A stretch of DNA of 59,548 bases from positions 1-59,548 of the IMG/VR virus record IMGVR_UViG_3300009108_000011, one strand, 5' to 3'. Origin of the DNA: a virus. Taxonomy: Duplodnaviria > Caudoviricetes. The translations under genes and the position numbers were made by a program. Positions 37,013-45,685 of this stretch are shown here, one piece after another. A model generated the notes under the pieces. The model ran no database searches. It was not told the origin of the DNA and saw only the letters and a program-made list of their open reading frames with translations. Every line of letters begins with the position of its first letter. Positions within the stretch are counted from its first letter, which is position 1.

Positions 37013-37357
37013 TTAAGTACTGTCATATCCCCTTAATAAAACTTCCCACACCTTCTCTTTCTTTTTGACGTTTATTGACATGACTAACAGTGATTTATCT
37101 GACATAAAATCTATGATGTCTTTATTACTAGCCCATGCGTTTGTTTTTATCTGTAGATACACTGCCTCACCATCAGGATTAAAACATATACCATCGAATA
37201 GATTCCACAAGTCTAATGCTCTATACCATTCTCCTCTTGTATAAACTAAATCTTGTCTCCTAACATGTGGTTTTAACCATATTTCATCATACCCATTTTC
37301 TAATAACCATTCAACTGCTTTCCTATTAGAGAATCGCATTCTCTGTCTAGGGTTCAT
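37013..37357 (-). CDS. Holliday junction resolvase-like nuclease (Hjc family)
   Basis: WLLENGY..LFDGIC..YLQIKT. Confidence 0.65.
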   Translation of the reverse strand: MNPRQRMRFSNRKAVEWLLENGYDEIWLKPHVRRQDLVYTRGEWYRALDLWNLFDGICFNPDGEAVYLQIKTNAWASNKDIIDFMSDKSLLVMSINVKKKEKVWEVLLRGYDST

Positions 37358-38376
37358 TCAGGATCTTTTATACCTTCTACACTTAAAACGAATTCTGCAT
37401 CTGCTTGTGGATGTTCAGGAGAGTCAACCATTCTTGCTATTCTTTTCTTACCTGATTTCTTAAAGTATATTCTATATGTTGAGGCATGTCCAACAACGTT
37501 ACCTCCTATAGGTTTAATTGGATCACCAAACATCATTGCAGGATCAGATTGAACCTGATTAGTAAACACAACTGTGTTTCTGAAATAATATGATATGTTT
37601 TTGAGATGTGTCATTAATCTAGCTAACTGCATTTGCCTCTCAGCTAGTGTACCTCTACCTAAATATTCTTCTCTAAACTGTCCTATTGCACCATCTAATA
37701 TTAATAAAGGTGGTGCTTTATCCATAAGTATATTTGATAAGTTATTAATAGTACCCATTAATTGTTCTGTGTTAGGACAATAGAAATAAAATATCCTGTT
37801 AATATATTCCATTGCTTGCTCTTTATCTTCAACATATCCTCTAGCCATAAGTATCTCTACTATTCTTCTAGGTTTGAACGTGTCTTCACAATCAATCCAT
37901 ATAACATTATGCCCATCATGTATTGTTTCCACTGTAAGACTATTACAAAATTGTGTCTTACCTGATCCAAATTCTCCATATACTTCATATGTTGCTTCAG
38001 GTTTTATACCACCACCTAATAAATCATCTACGCCTTTAGCTTTAGTTTCTATTGCTGGTAGATTCTCTTGGTATTCCATTAATTCTGCTGTTGACATATC
38101 AGACTTCCTAATGAAACCTTTATCTTCTAAAATCTTTTGGCAACCAAATACCCAACTATCTGCCTTGTGTTTGTCTACTCCTGCTATCTCAGATACTTCT
38201 TTAGCACCTCTTACACATATATCTATAATTGATGTTAAACCAAACGCTTCTAGTTTCTTTTTAGTAACAGCTCCAACACCCTCTAATTGATCTACACTAT
38301 AATCCAGTGTTTCTTCTTCAATTTCTGTCTCTCTGACATCTTCTAAATCCACATTATCTTCTTTGTTTCTCGCCAT
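37354..38376 (-). CDS. radA: Archaeal RadA recombinase
   Basis: N-terminal HhH, GEFGSGKTQ, YLGRGTLAERQ, TNQV, GGNVVGHASTYR. Confidence 0.95.
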   Translation of the reverse strand: MARNKEDNVDLEDVRETEIEEETLDYSVDQLEGVGAVTKKKLEAFGLTSIIDICVRGAKEVSEIAGVDKHKADSWVFGCQKILEDKGFIRKSDMSTAELMEYQENLPAIETKAKGVDDLLGGGIKPEATYEVYGEFGSGKTQFCNSLTVETIHDGHNVIWIDCEDTFKPRRIVEILMARGYVEDKEQAMEYINRIFYFYCPNTEQLMGTINNLSNILMDKAPPLLILDGAIGQFREEYLGRGTLAERQMQLARLMTHLKNISYYFRNTVVFTNQVQSDPAMMFGDPIKPIGGNVVGHASTYRIYFKKSGKKRIARMVDSPEHPQADAEFVLSVEGIKDPE

Positions 38377-38387
38377 AATAAACCTTC

Positions 38388-40358
38388 CTATATCTTTTGG
38401 AATGACCCATCCTTATTTAGTTTAACGATACAATTCTGCTCCCATAATCCAAATATCTTTTTAGCCTGTTCTTCGGTAAACCCATCCTCTTTGCCTAACA
38501 TCTGAATAAACAATGTATGTCTAACTTTACCATCTTTGTTTTTACATTCATTCCACACCCTATGTGCTGTTTGTTCCTTTGATTCTGACCTTGTAGTAGA
38601 ACCAACAGTGTTACCATTCTTATTCTTACCTGTCTCAAAATCAAATCCAAATGATTCAAACATACTCTTAATGATAGTTTCAACGGCATCTACATCGTTT
38701 TTATTAATTTCATTTCTAAGGTGAAGTTTTGCATGTGCAGTAGATAATCTTACGATAGCCTCTAACTGTCTAGTACCTATAGTAATACTTGAATCCTCTT
38801 TTGCAGATATATCTCTCATCTTTTTATATATATTTAAGATGTGATCTTGTGACTCTGAAGTTAAAACAGGGCTGATTGTTCTTGCATGGTTTAAATACGC
38901 AGATAATAATTCTGGTTCTAATAACACATGTGATTTTTCTATGCCATCAACAAATGTATTAAGGATAAATTTTGCCTTACGTTCATCATCATCAATGTTA
39001 ATAGTATCTCTAATTAAGAATATTAGATCAAACCTTGATAATAATGGTGGTGGAACATCTATGTTTGTCGCCAAAGATTCCTCTATGTCATATGTACCAA
39101 ACTTTGGATTGGCTGCTGCCAGTATTGCTGTCTTTGCTGGTAATGTCATTCTAAACCCTGCTTTTGCTATAGATACTGTTTGTTGCTCCATAGCCTCATG
39201 TAAACCTGATCTATCTATAGTATTCATTTTGTCAAATTCATCAATAAAAGCAAAACCACCACTACATAATGGTAATACACCTGCCTGTGCTACATGTTTT
39301 CCATTATCCAGTTTAACTAAACCTATTGTGAGACCTGCTGCTGATGAACCTTTACCAGACGTATAGATGGATTTTTGAGTTATTTTATTTGCAAATTTCA
39401 ACAACTCTGATTTAGCCATTGATGGATCTCCAACTAACAGAACATTAATATCACCACGCTTTAATCCACCTACACCCCCCACTAATTGAAGTAAGATAGA
39501 CTTCTTTAGTGTCTCATATCCGTAAATTTGTGGTGCAAAACTACTACAAATCTTAGTTAAAAAATCATCCTGATCAACTAAATTATTAATAACTTTTAAC
39601 TCCTCATCTGTTAATAACACATCACATGAATTATCTAAGTTACTCTCTGTTATTATATCTATGAGAATTTTGTTTTCGTTGGTCTTTGTATTAAAGACAG
39701 ATCTATACAAACCTGTAATTCTTTTCTTTTGACCCACAAACACATTACCAACTAACCCACCTGTTACTAAGCCCTCTAATATTACAGGTGAACTTGATAT
39801 AGAATCCTCCATAAACTCCTGTAGTAAGACATGTTGAAGATTATCTGTTTTTGCTGTTTCCTCATCTACCTCTAATAATGCTTTTTTACATGAAAAATTA
39901 TCACAGTGAATAGTAGGTAACTTCTTATTTATGTTACATTTAACAAAAGTCCTCTTATAGCACTTTGGGCAAACAAGGTCACATTCAGTAGTATATGTCA
40001 TTTGGTTCTCTGCTGCAATTACATCACAATCGAAGGTTACTATCAGATTCTCATGATTCTTAGAATTAAGATCATGCATAAATAACTTATTTGACGTAAC
40101 AACCCTAAATTGAAGATTTTTGTATATTTGCTCGACATCAATATCAGACTTTTTTTCAGAGATAATTCTTAAAACCACAGTGCGTAATATATCAATAAAT
40201 TTACCATTAGTATCTGAATATATGTCAAGAATGACATCATTATTAATTTCTAGTGTATATGTTGAATTTGGTCGTAATGCATCAATAATAGTTGTATGCT
40301 CAACTGCTGATAAATAATCATATAATTCGCCTTCCATATAGGATATTGTGTTCATCAT
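38388..40358 (-). CDS. mcm: MCM replicative helicase
   Basis: Zn finger, GDPSMAKS, IDEFDKM, HEAMEQQ, AANP, LLSRFD. Confidence 0.95.
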   Translation of the reverse strand: MMNTISYMEGELYDYLSAVEHTTIIDALRPNSTYTLEINNDVILDIYSDTNGKFIDILRTVVLRIISEKKSDIDVEQIYKNLQFRVVTSNKLFMHDLNSKNHENLIVTFDCDVIAAENQMTYTTECDLVCPKCYKRTFVKCNINKKLPTIHCDNFSCKKALLEVDEETAKTDNLQHVLLQEFMEDSISSSPVILEGLVTGGLVGNVFVGQKKRITGLYRSVFNTKTNENKILIDIITESNLDNSCDVLLTDEELKVINNLVDQDDFLTKICSSFAPQIYGYETLKKSILLQLVGGVGGLKRGDINVLLVGDPSMAKSELLKFANKITQKSIYTSGKGSSAAGLTIGLVKLDNGKHVAQAGVLPLCSGGFAFIDEFDKMNTIDRSGLHEAMEQQTVSIAKAGFRMTLPAKTAILAAANPKFGTYDIEESLATNIDVPPPLLSRFDLIFLIRDTINIDDDERKAKFILNTFVDGIEKSHVLLEPELLSAYLNHARTISPVLTSESQDHILNIYKKMRDISAKEDSSITIGTRQLEAIVRLSTAHAKLHLRNEINKNDVDAVETIIKSMFESFGFDFETGKNKNGNTVGSTTRSESKEQTAHRVWNECKNKDGKVRHTLFIQMLGKEDGFTEEQAKKIFGLWEQNCIVKLNKDGSFQKI

Positions 40359-40675
40359 AGTAATTGATTCACCCTTCTCCTAATAATTGTATCTATCTGT
40401 CCATGTCTGATTTGTAGTTTTTTCAACTCTTCTGGAGACATTTTTTCAACAGTTTTTTTCCATTTAGAAATATCACAGAAGAAATTAGGTATATTATTTG
40501 AGACATTCTCATTAGTGAACTCAGATATCTTTGCGTTACCCATAAGTTTTATATATTCTTGAGCACATATTGCTAACATTCTACTAAATGATATGTCTGA
40601 TGGTTTCTTCTTCAAGAGTTCTTTAAATACTTTATCTACATCATTAGGACAACTAATAGTTCTTGTGTTTGTCAT
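40355..40675 (-). CDS. Putative ribbon-helix-helix DNA-binding protein
   Basis: TRTISCP..SFSRML; coupled to mcm. Confidence 0.45.
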   Translation of the reverse strand: MTNTRTISCPNDVDKVFKELLKKKPSDISFSRMLAICAQEYIKLMGNAKISEFTNENVSNNIPNFFCDISKWKKTVEKMSPEELKKLQIRHGQIDTIIRRRVNQLL

Positions 40676-40701
40676 AGGATTACTTACTAGTCACATAATA
40701 T

Positions 40702-40748
40702 AAAGCTAGCTTTGATTATTAGTTAATTAAGTAACTTAATTAAGTAAC
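40702..40748. promoter_or_regulatory. Palindrome/direct-repeat cluster upstream of the RHH-mcm-radA operon
   Basis: AAAGCTAGCTTT; TTAATTAAGT-A-ACTTAATTAA; TTAATTAAGTAAC x2. Confidence 0.55.
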
Positions 40749-40964
40749 TTCCGTTTCTAGCTTATCTATTATATTATCAAAGTATTATAATCAGTTTAAT
40801 TTAAATAGGGATGAATAGTAATGCCTTTATGTTCATTAATATTTGTTGGAAAAAAAACAATGAAGTTAAAAAAACACTAGTTCATATATCAAAACTACCT
40901 CCTATGGTCAGAGAATTAGAATCACAAGGCGTTCATACATGGTTACAAACCGAATGACACCCCC

Positions 40965-41228
40965 CTATTTTATTCTTTTAAATATAACAACTCTGGATAT
41001 CTTACCATTTATATTTATATTACCCATCTCCGAAGAGAAATACCCTCCCTTTTCTAACTCCCTAAGATAACCCAAACTTCTTCTTGAGTGTAGTTTTAAA
41101 ACCTTTGTTACTAGGGTTGCTGTTGTTGTTTTATTCTTTGGAATCATCTCTAAAATCTTTTCCTTTGCTGTCATAGTCCTAAATATAACATCGTTATCTT
41201 CGAGTGTTATTGAGTATTTTTTCTTCAT
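40965..41228 (-). CDS. Winged-helix DNA-binding protein
   Basis: KEKILEMI..TATLVTKVL..YLRELEKGG plus beta wing. Confidence 0.6.
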   Translation of the reverse strand: MKKKYSITLEDNDVIFRTMTAKEKILEMIPKNKTTTATLVTKVLKLHSRRSLGYLRELEKGGYFSSEMGNININGKISRVVIFKRIK

Positions 41229-42061
41229 TAGAAGTGTCTCACCAAAGGTTTAATTTCCAAGTCTGCAATATGTTTCTTAACAATTATATCTTCATTAGGT
41301 TCAATAATAAACTCAACACAACCAATATCAGGAGTAGTACCTGCAACACCACCTCTAAATAGATGTGCATCAGGGAACTTCCAACTTGGTGTAGAAACAC
41401 CATGAGTGTGTGGAAATTCTACATGTACAAAATAATGAACGTGACTTCTGACTATGACATCTGATTTATGTAATTTACTTGCTTCAAAATGCATACCTGC
41501 TAACTCTCTTGCTATGGCAGTTGTTCTATATGCAGCCCATTTATTAAAACCTACATGGTGTGTAAAGTTAAACATCTTATCATGTATCTTAACAAATGCA
41601 TAGTAATCTGTAAGTCCACTACCACCATATGCTTTGTAACCTGTTGCACCCATACGTTTTGCTAATACTTCTTCATAGTTAGTAGCACCTACTTGAACGT
41701 GATAACCTGAACCTCTTACGAACATAAGGTTCTTTGTTGGTATCATCTTTATCAATTTAGCAGAGTCTTCCATCTGATCTTGAATATCAGTTGACCATGA
41801 TTGTTGTCCTAACTGTCTAGGATTAGCACCATCCATAGGCTCACCATTAATTACTAACAAGTCAGCTTTCTTAGATAATGAATCTATACTATCAGTCCAA
41901 GCTTCATATAAAACCCTCTGTAATTTATTAGGTTTGTATGAACCACCACTCTCACCTATTGTAGGTTCTGGTGAACAGACAGATGTAAAAGATCCGTCAT
42001 GTATATCTGAATAAACCACTATTGATTTTGAAGAACCTTTTCTTCCAGACAGTTTTACCAT
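41228..42061 (-). CDS. Calcineurin-like metallophosphoesterase
   Basis: SDIH, NGEPMDG, GSGYH, THH, SHVH motifs. Confidence 0.75.
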   Translation of the reverse strand: MVKLSGRKGSSKSIVVYSDIHDGSFTSVCSPEPTIGESGGSYKPNKLQRVLYEAWTDSIDSLSKKADLLVINGEPMDGANPRQLGQQSWSTDIQDQMEDSAKLIKMIPTKNLMFVRGSGYHVQVGATNYEEVLAKRMGATGYKAYGGSGLTDYYAFVKIHDKMFNFTHHVGFNKWAAYRTTAIARELAGMHFEASKLHKSDVIVRSHVHYFVHVEFPHTHGVSTPSWKFPDAHLFRGGVAGTTPDIGCVEFIIEPNEDIIVKKHIADLEIKPLVRHF

Positions 42062-42066
42062 GTTTG

Positions 42067-42369
42067 TCAATCATTATCACCCTTTATAACTGTTTGTTGA
42101 GTTGTATTCTCTTCAACCGTACTTCTTAATTTTTTTTTCAACGCCTTCCAATGTTCTTGTTTTCTTTTTGTTGATTTATAATCATCAGGGAGATGATGTA
42201 TACATGGTTCGGCTAACGTATATTCACCACAAACATCACACACTTGTATTATTTTAGCCATTTTTTTCTTTGCTTTTTTCCACCAAGGAGAGTGCCAACC
42301 ATAGTCAATAAAATTACTAGGTTTTTTTATCTTCCACTTACCGTTACTCTGTCTTTCCCAATCGATCAT
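42067..42369 (-). CDS. Hypothetical Zn-binding protein
   Basis: CDVCG..CIHH; start uncertain. Confidence 0.5.
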   Translation of the reverse strand: MIDWERQSNGKWKIKKPSNFIDYGWHSPWWKKAKKKMAKIIQVCDVCGEYTLAEPCIHHLPDDYKSTKRKQEHWKALKKKLRSTVEENTTQQTVIKGDND

Positions 42370-42910
42370 CGTTTCTTCCGTTAGTCAAGTCAGATATATC
42401 AACCCCAATATATTTCAGTTTTCTTCTAAATCTTGATGGAACTTCATACTGTTTTATACTACCTTCTGCTAATCTATCATGTATCTCAGACGAAAAGAAC
42501 TTACGTTGGTCTCCTGCCTTACCGTAGAAATCATCATATCTTTGGTTGGTTAATTTATCAGGGTAATACACTTGAAGTATCATATGTGCCAACTCATGAC
42601 ATATCACAGTCATGTTTTGTAAGAAGATTAATGGGTTTGTACTATCAGTTATGTAACATAACACATCTCCCTTTCCCGTAACACCATGAGGTATATCATA
42701 ATCTAATCTATCATTAGGTACGCCACTATAAAACATTCTATCAAATTCTTTTGTTGAAGCTATGGTTATTTTCCAGTGGTCTTGTGCTACTATTCTACTA
42801 TAATCCTTAAAATAATAATGTCTATAAATATAATCTAAAATACATTTCTCATATAGTTTTTCATCTATCTTATCAGTCTCAAACTGTATTATCATATTAG
42901 TCAGAAGCAT
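42344..42910 (-). CDS. HEXXH-containing protein
   Basis: VICHELAH. Confidence 0.55.
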   Translation of the reverse strand: MLLTNMIIQFETDKIDEKLYEKCILDYIYRHYYFKDYSRIVAQDHWKITIASTKEFDRMFYSGVPNDRLDYDIPHGVTGKGDVLCYITDSTNPLIFLQNMTVICHELAHMILQVYYPDKLTNQRYDDFYGKAGDQRKFFSSEIHDRLAEGSIKQYEVPSRFRRKLKYIGVDISDLTNGRNDDRLGKTE

Positions 42911-43136
42911 TTCCTACATATAAACATTTCATATTTTTTGTTCTCTGTCTTTTACTTTTATTTTTATATCTAATATAGGTTGATAACTTTCTTTTACAAC
43001 ATTGACATTTCAAATTATCAGTCTTAATTGATATGCAACATGTTCTGCACTTCTTCCAGCCCTCTCCTAGGCTAGCAAATCCCATAGTAAATGCTTTTGT
43101 ATTCATTCTCTCACATAAGTTTTTACACATATTCAT
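42897..43136 (-). CDS. Cys-rich zinc-binding protein
   Basis: CKNLC..GWKKCRTC..CQCC..L. Confidence 0.6.
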   Translation of the reverse strand: MNMCKNLCERMNTKAFTMGFASLGEGWKKCRTCCISIKTDNLKCQCCKRKLSTYIRYKNKSKRQRTKNMKCLYVGNASD

Positions 43137-43259
43137 TTACCAAACACATCCTTTATCTGAACAATCCATATGCGATCCACAATTTGTACATATCAAATGA
43201 CACTCTGTCATCTTTCTCATACTCTTAAAATTACACTTAGGACATTCCTGTTCCTTCAT
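43137..43259 (-). CDS. Zn-ribbon micro-protein, 40 aa (MKEQECPKC..CTNCG..DCSD); not in ORF track
   Basis: Two CxxC; abuts the next gene. Confidence 0.6.
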   Translation of the reverse strand: MKEQECPKCNFKSMRKMTECHLICTNCGSHMDCSDKGCVW

Positions 43260-43293
43260 AATAAAAAGAAAGAGTGGTGGGTATTAAATGTTT

Positions 43294-43629
43294 CTATTCC
43301 TTTTTAGGAGGAAACATTGAAAGTGCAATCATGGTTCTATTACTACCTTCGGCTTGTCTTTCAACAACCCAAACGTCAAGACCATCAGAAGCATCTTTCT
43401 CCACACATTTATTTACAAGATCATTCCAATACTCACTCTTTGCTTGACCAACAACGGTCTTACCAAATGAGTGTTTCAAACCACTTGTGGTTTTCAACTC
43501 TGCAACATCTGCTCCAACACCCTCAACGAACTTTACGCTAAGACCTTGGACTGTGATTTTATCACCAGCAGCAAGCTTCTCAGATCCTGTAAACGAACCT
43601 TCTATGTCTAATACTTCAGAGACATTCAT
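43294..43629 (-). CDS. Hypothetical beta-rich protein (possibly OB-fold)
   Basis: Own TATA box; located in the replication block. Confidence 0.5.
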   Translation of the reverse strand: MNVSEVLDIEGSFTGSEKLAAGDKITVQGLSVKFVEGVGADVAELKTTSGLKHSFGKTVVGQAKSEYWNDLVNKCVEKDASDGLDVWVVERQAEGSNRTMIALSMFPPKKE

Positions 43630-43661
43630 TGATTATAATACAGTACTAGGGTAATATAAAC

Positions 43662-44054
43662 CTAGTCTTTTTGTAGTCTAGTGATGTAACATAACTGGTC
43701 TAGAATCCTTGATCTTATCTGACCAAAAACATGTGTGTTCACATCTTGCTCAGGATACATTGCTTTTGTTAGGTGGTGTGCCGTTACAAAGAACTGCATC
43801 CAATCATCAGCAACTGACTTTACACTATCACTTACTGTGACTTCAGGAATTTTTGTTATAATAATATCCTTGTTTTCCTTAAATGTAGCTTGGGTATATG
43901 TCGAGATTGTTCCACCCTGTCCTTGAGTAAAACATTCTTTATCACCACATATTGCCTTTGGTGCTTTTTGATAATATATATTATCACCTACAGCCCAGCT
44001 CTCTCCACATATCTTACAACCACCAGCAAATTTTGCACTGATTATAGAACCCAT
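43662..44054 (-). CDS. Zn-binding protein (MGSIISAKFAGGCKICG..)
   Basis: AKF.G.CxxCG..GD.I motif; true start probably ATG 44054. Confidence 0.6.
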   Translation of the reverse strand: MGSIISAKFAGGCKICGESWAVGDNIYYQKAPKAICGDKECFTQGQGGTISTYTQATFKENKDIIITKIPEVTVSDSVKSVADDWMQFFVTAHHLTKAMYPEQDVNTHVFGQIRSRILDQLCYITRLQKD

Positions 44055-44922
44055 GAAATTTATAAATAACACACATAATATAAACGTATTGGATCTCGTT
44101 GAAAAGTTAATATGGATAGTATGCATAGTATCGTTAGTATGCTTTTTTGGCATAGTATCAGCAGAAGCTGAGATACCAAAAGGTGATAAATATGAGACAC
44201 TTGGTATAAGGCATGACACCAAACCTGATGTTTGTCTGTTTGAACCAAACCCAACACATGTTGATTGGGATTATTGGAAGTCCGTGGAACATGAATCATG
44301 GAGAGCAATTCTAGAATGGCAAATTCAAATGTCAGAATTTTTACCTGAAGGTGATTGGTCTATGTTTATTCACCCAACAGTACCATATCACGAACATTGG
44401 AATAAAACACCAGATGATTATAGGCATTGTACTATATTTCTTACCTACGAATACACAAACGAAGATTCAGATAGTGGTGCACTCGGTAAGACTGCAATCG
44501 ATTTCAGAAAAAGCTCACATAAATTTACATATATAGTTGTTTACCTATATGCAGAAGAGAGAAATAAGATCGTTATTGATTTAGAAAATACTGAAAGAGA
44601 TGAAAACGGAGTTATTAGATTTAACCTAGATCTTACTAAGAAACCCATTCCTCTTAATTCAATTCATAATATAGTTTTACATGAACTAGGGCATGGCTTA
44701 GGATTAGGACACTATATATCAAGTGTAAATAATGATAGGTCTGTGATGGTTAGATCACTTGACCCGTTTGATGAAGAACAGTTATTTGAAATACAAATAT
44801 CAGATAAGTTTATGCTCAGTAAAATCTATGGTATAAATGGATATTATAAACCACACCCACATTTCATATACGACCTCTGTGTATTTACAGAGAAGGGTAC
44901 AAAGTCAAATGGATGTTACTAG
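44053..44922 (+). CDS. Secreted matrixin-like (metzincin) zinc metalloprotease
   Basis: Signal peptide ending AEA, HELGHGLGLGH, Met-turn SVM; true start may be the TTG near 44090. Confidence 0.8.
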   Translation: MKFINNTHNINVLDLVEKLIWIVCIVSLVCFFGIVSAEAEIPKGDKYETLGIRHDTKPDVCLFEPNPTHVDWDYWKSVEHESWRAILEWQIQMSEFLPEGDWSMFIHPTVPYHEHWNKTPDDYRHCTIFLTYEYTNEDSDSGALGKTAIDFRKSSHKFTYIVVYLYAEERNKIVIDLENTERDENGVIRFNLDLTKKPIPLNSIHNIVLHELGHGLGLGHYISSVNNDRSVMVRSLDPFDEEQLFEIQISDKFMLSKIYGINGYYKPHPHFIYDLCVFTEKGTKSNGCY

Positions 44923-44956
44923 AAAGATTTATATATCTAATAAATAATAGAATCCT

Positions 44957-45214
44957 ATGGCTAGAATGAAAAAAGATAATAAAAATACAACAATTTCTAT
45001 ATCTTGGGAAAACAAAACAGAGTTTAGAAGACATGCTAAATTACTAAAGAAGACTAAATCTGGAGACAGATATGAGAGTGATGCTATTTTGTTCGGAAGA
45101 GTATTAGCATTCTATGTCAGAAATCATATAGATGATTGTGACCAAGAACCTAAGTCAACGTACCCTTCTCTAAATAAATCCCAGCCAAGTTCCGATTCCT
45201 CCGAATCCAACTAA
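44957..45214 (+). CDS. Putative RHH-like DNA-binding protein
   Basis: NTTISIS..ESDAILFGRVL; TATA 44928-44935. Confidence 0.5.
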   Translation: MARMKKDNKNTTISISWENKTEFRRHAKLLKKTKSGDRYESDAILFGRVLAFYVRNHIDDCDQEPKSTYPSLNKSQPSSDSSESN

Positions 45215-45518
45215 TCTTTATATTCTTTCTAATTTTTCTATCACATTTTTCATATAATGGCATAAGATGATCAGTAGTCACTCTCCATTTACCATTCATC
45301 TGATTCACGACTAACTGTGAGTCACTACATATAAGGACAGGTTTATTCTTATAGTTATTATTAGTATATTCCAGAGCATAAATAAGAGCCAAGTATTCTA
45401 ATTCGTTATTTGTAAGTAAACCATCTCTTTTTTTAACTATTATTTTATCGTTTAAATTTCTATCTACTAGGCATATTTCACACCTCTTTGTTCCTCCATC
45501 AACATGTAGAACAATCAT
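45150..45518 (-). CDS. rnhA: Ribonuclease HI
   Basis: LHVDGG, TNNELEYLAL, SDSQLVVNQMNG, WIRRNRNLA. Confidence 0.9.
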   Translation of the reverse strand: MIVLHVDGGTKRCEICLVDRNLNDKIIVKKRDGLLTNNELEYLALIYALEYTNNNYKNKPVLICSDSQLVVNQMNGKWRVTTDHLMPLYEKCDRKIRKNIKISWIRRNRNLAGIYLEKGTLT

Positions 45519-45521
45519 ATA

Positions 45522-45650
45522 TTATTCTTTTTTTCTCTTGTTATAATTCTTTCTGCAAAAGTCTGAGCAATATATTCTCTGTCTTCCTTTATATCTGAAT
45601 GGTAAATCTGTACCACACTCAATACATTTATATGGTTCGTCTTTTTTCAA
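45522..45650 (-). CDS. Zn-finger micro-protein, 42 aa (..CIECG..YKGRQRIYCSDFCR); not in ORF track
   Basis: CxxC..CxxxC; similar to the N-terminus of 35163..35498. Confidence 0.6.
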   Translation of the reverse strand: MKKDEPYKCIECGTDLPFRYKGRQRIYCSDFCRKNYNKRKKE

Positions 45651-45685
45651 TAATTTGCTTTATAAATACTTTCTAATAAAGGTTT

